From Takakia lepidozioides (Eukaryota; Plantae; Bryophyta), in the NCBI GenBank assembly GCA_030704615.1, contig CM060734.1, forward strand, positions 6,076,001 to 6,140,000: a stretch of 64,000 nucleotides of DNA, in the 5' to 3' direction. Below the pieces are notes generated by a model that was not told the DNA's origin, ran no database searches, and saw only the letters and a list, made by a program, of their open reading frames with translations. The stretch's first letter is position 1. Each line of letters opens with the position of its first letter. Positions 62,713 to 64,000 of the stretch are shown here, piece by piece. A program made the translations under genes and the position numbers.

Positions 62713-63259
62713 GGGCAAATGATTTATGCATCTGTTCATTTATTTGTGATTAATCGTTAATGGTGAAAAGGATAAACCAAAGGTTCATTGATAAAAAAAA
62801 AAATTGAATGATTTGAAATTTTGCTAGTATGTTCTACATGCCTCTTACATGGACCGGACAAGTATGAGATCAATAAAAAATGGTTCACAGGAGAAACCAA
62901 TGGTTACTTGATGTGCCGATTTATGAATGCTTTCAAACTTTGCCATTGCATTGTACATGCCCTCTTAAAGGTACCGGACAAGTATGAGTTCAATTTAAAA
63001 TATTGCAATGGGTGAACCAATGGTATCTTCATTCATCAATTTTTGATTGTTTTTAAACTTTGCCAGTATATTGTACGTGCTGTCAAACAGGTACCGAACA
63101 AGTATGAGGTCATTCAAAAATGGTTCAAAGGATGAACCTCGTATTTCCAAAAATTACGTAGACTATACAGTGGGTTGCACATTTAAGTTTTCGCAACTTG
63201 AGACCTTTGGCCTACTCCTTACGTTTCTAGCCTTTATAGTCATCTTCATCTAGATTTAT

Positions 63260-64000
63260 TACTTCGTTGTCGTCATCTCCAGATGTTGATGAAGATGCTC
63301 CGGGTGTAGAGGACGTGCCTCCACCAGTACGGAGAGCTTGAGCCTGGGCTCAAGTGGTCAAAGAGGGACCCAGTGTTGTGTGGTCCACCCTTGCCATCAT
63401 GCGTAGCGTTTTAGGTGAGTGCTGGCTCTCTTCCACATTTGCCAGAGCCGGGTGTGTCGCTCTTGCTACGGCGGCATGCAATTTTTCAATTAAATCCGAT
63501 ATGTTTGGAAGTGGCAAGAACACCCCTGGAATAGGGGCAATTTGGTCACGTCATGTGTTCTGCCAATACTTTAGAACACTCGTGATGGTAGCCTTGAAAT
63601 TGTCCAACACCTTCTCTTGCTGGGGGTCTCTGCGCAACTCTGGAAGAAATGGCCCATCATCCCGACGAGGCACCCAGTACGTCTCATTCATATCCTCCCA
63701 ACGGATGCTAGCGGCCTCCAACTCCCTTAGAAATAGGTCTCTCCCAATCGGTTCGCGATTATATGGGTCGTTTCCAGCTGACACCCACGGATTCTCAGGC
63801 AGTCGGAAGAATCTTTGTGTGGTACAGCTGCATGCCCTCCCAAGTTCCGACAAAAAATCTCCCTTTGGATTGGGTCCCGTATGCCTCTAGTACGCACGGT
63901 TATTTCCCAGTTGGATGTCACCCAAAAGGTCACCGGATCTTTAACCCTGGTTAACGTCTTTGCATCCAAGGCATGCATCTCTCTTGGAGCATCCCATGTC
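63260..64000 (-). pseudogene. Unclassified TE family ORF B C-terminus (copy Z, runs off the window)
   Basis: FWVTSNWEITVRTRGIRDPIQREIFCRNLGG and RFFRLPENP match 47800-47950. Confidence 0.8.

Overview
Eukaryotic, TE-rich land-plant nuclear DNA, most likely from a bryophyte judging by the moss-like cryptochrome. There is one intact host gene: a 5-exon plant cryptochrome on the minus strand (16299-20427, about 716 aa). Everything else is nested mobile-element sequence. (i) Ty3/gypsy fragments carry a ~900-codon extra ORF after integrase and tandem F-box mini-ORFs in the putative LTR. (ii) Two MULE-like transposase relics have a GCM-type zinc domain, and one sits next to a CRISPR-looking array of ~28 palindromes with a 53-bp period. 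(iii) An unclassified element family occurs three times, with a palindrome array, ORF A, a coiled-coil/RING ORF B and a 120-bp satellite. (iv) A full-length Galadriel-like chromovirus (51730-58687, TSD GAAGT) is inserted into a hAT transposase. (v) Two convergent LINE relics each adjoin a PLS-PPR fragment. (vi) There are a CACTA end, three MITEs (one piggyBac-like with TTAA TSD) and two DNA-methyltransferase-like relics. All family assignments come from motif recognition by eye; no database searches were run.
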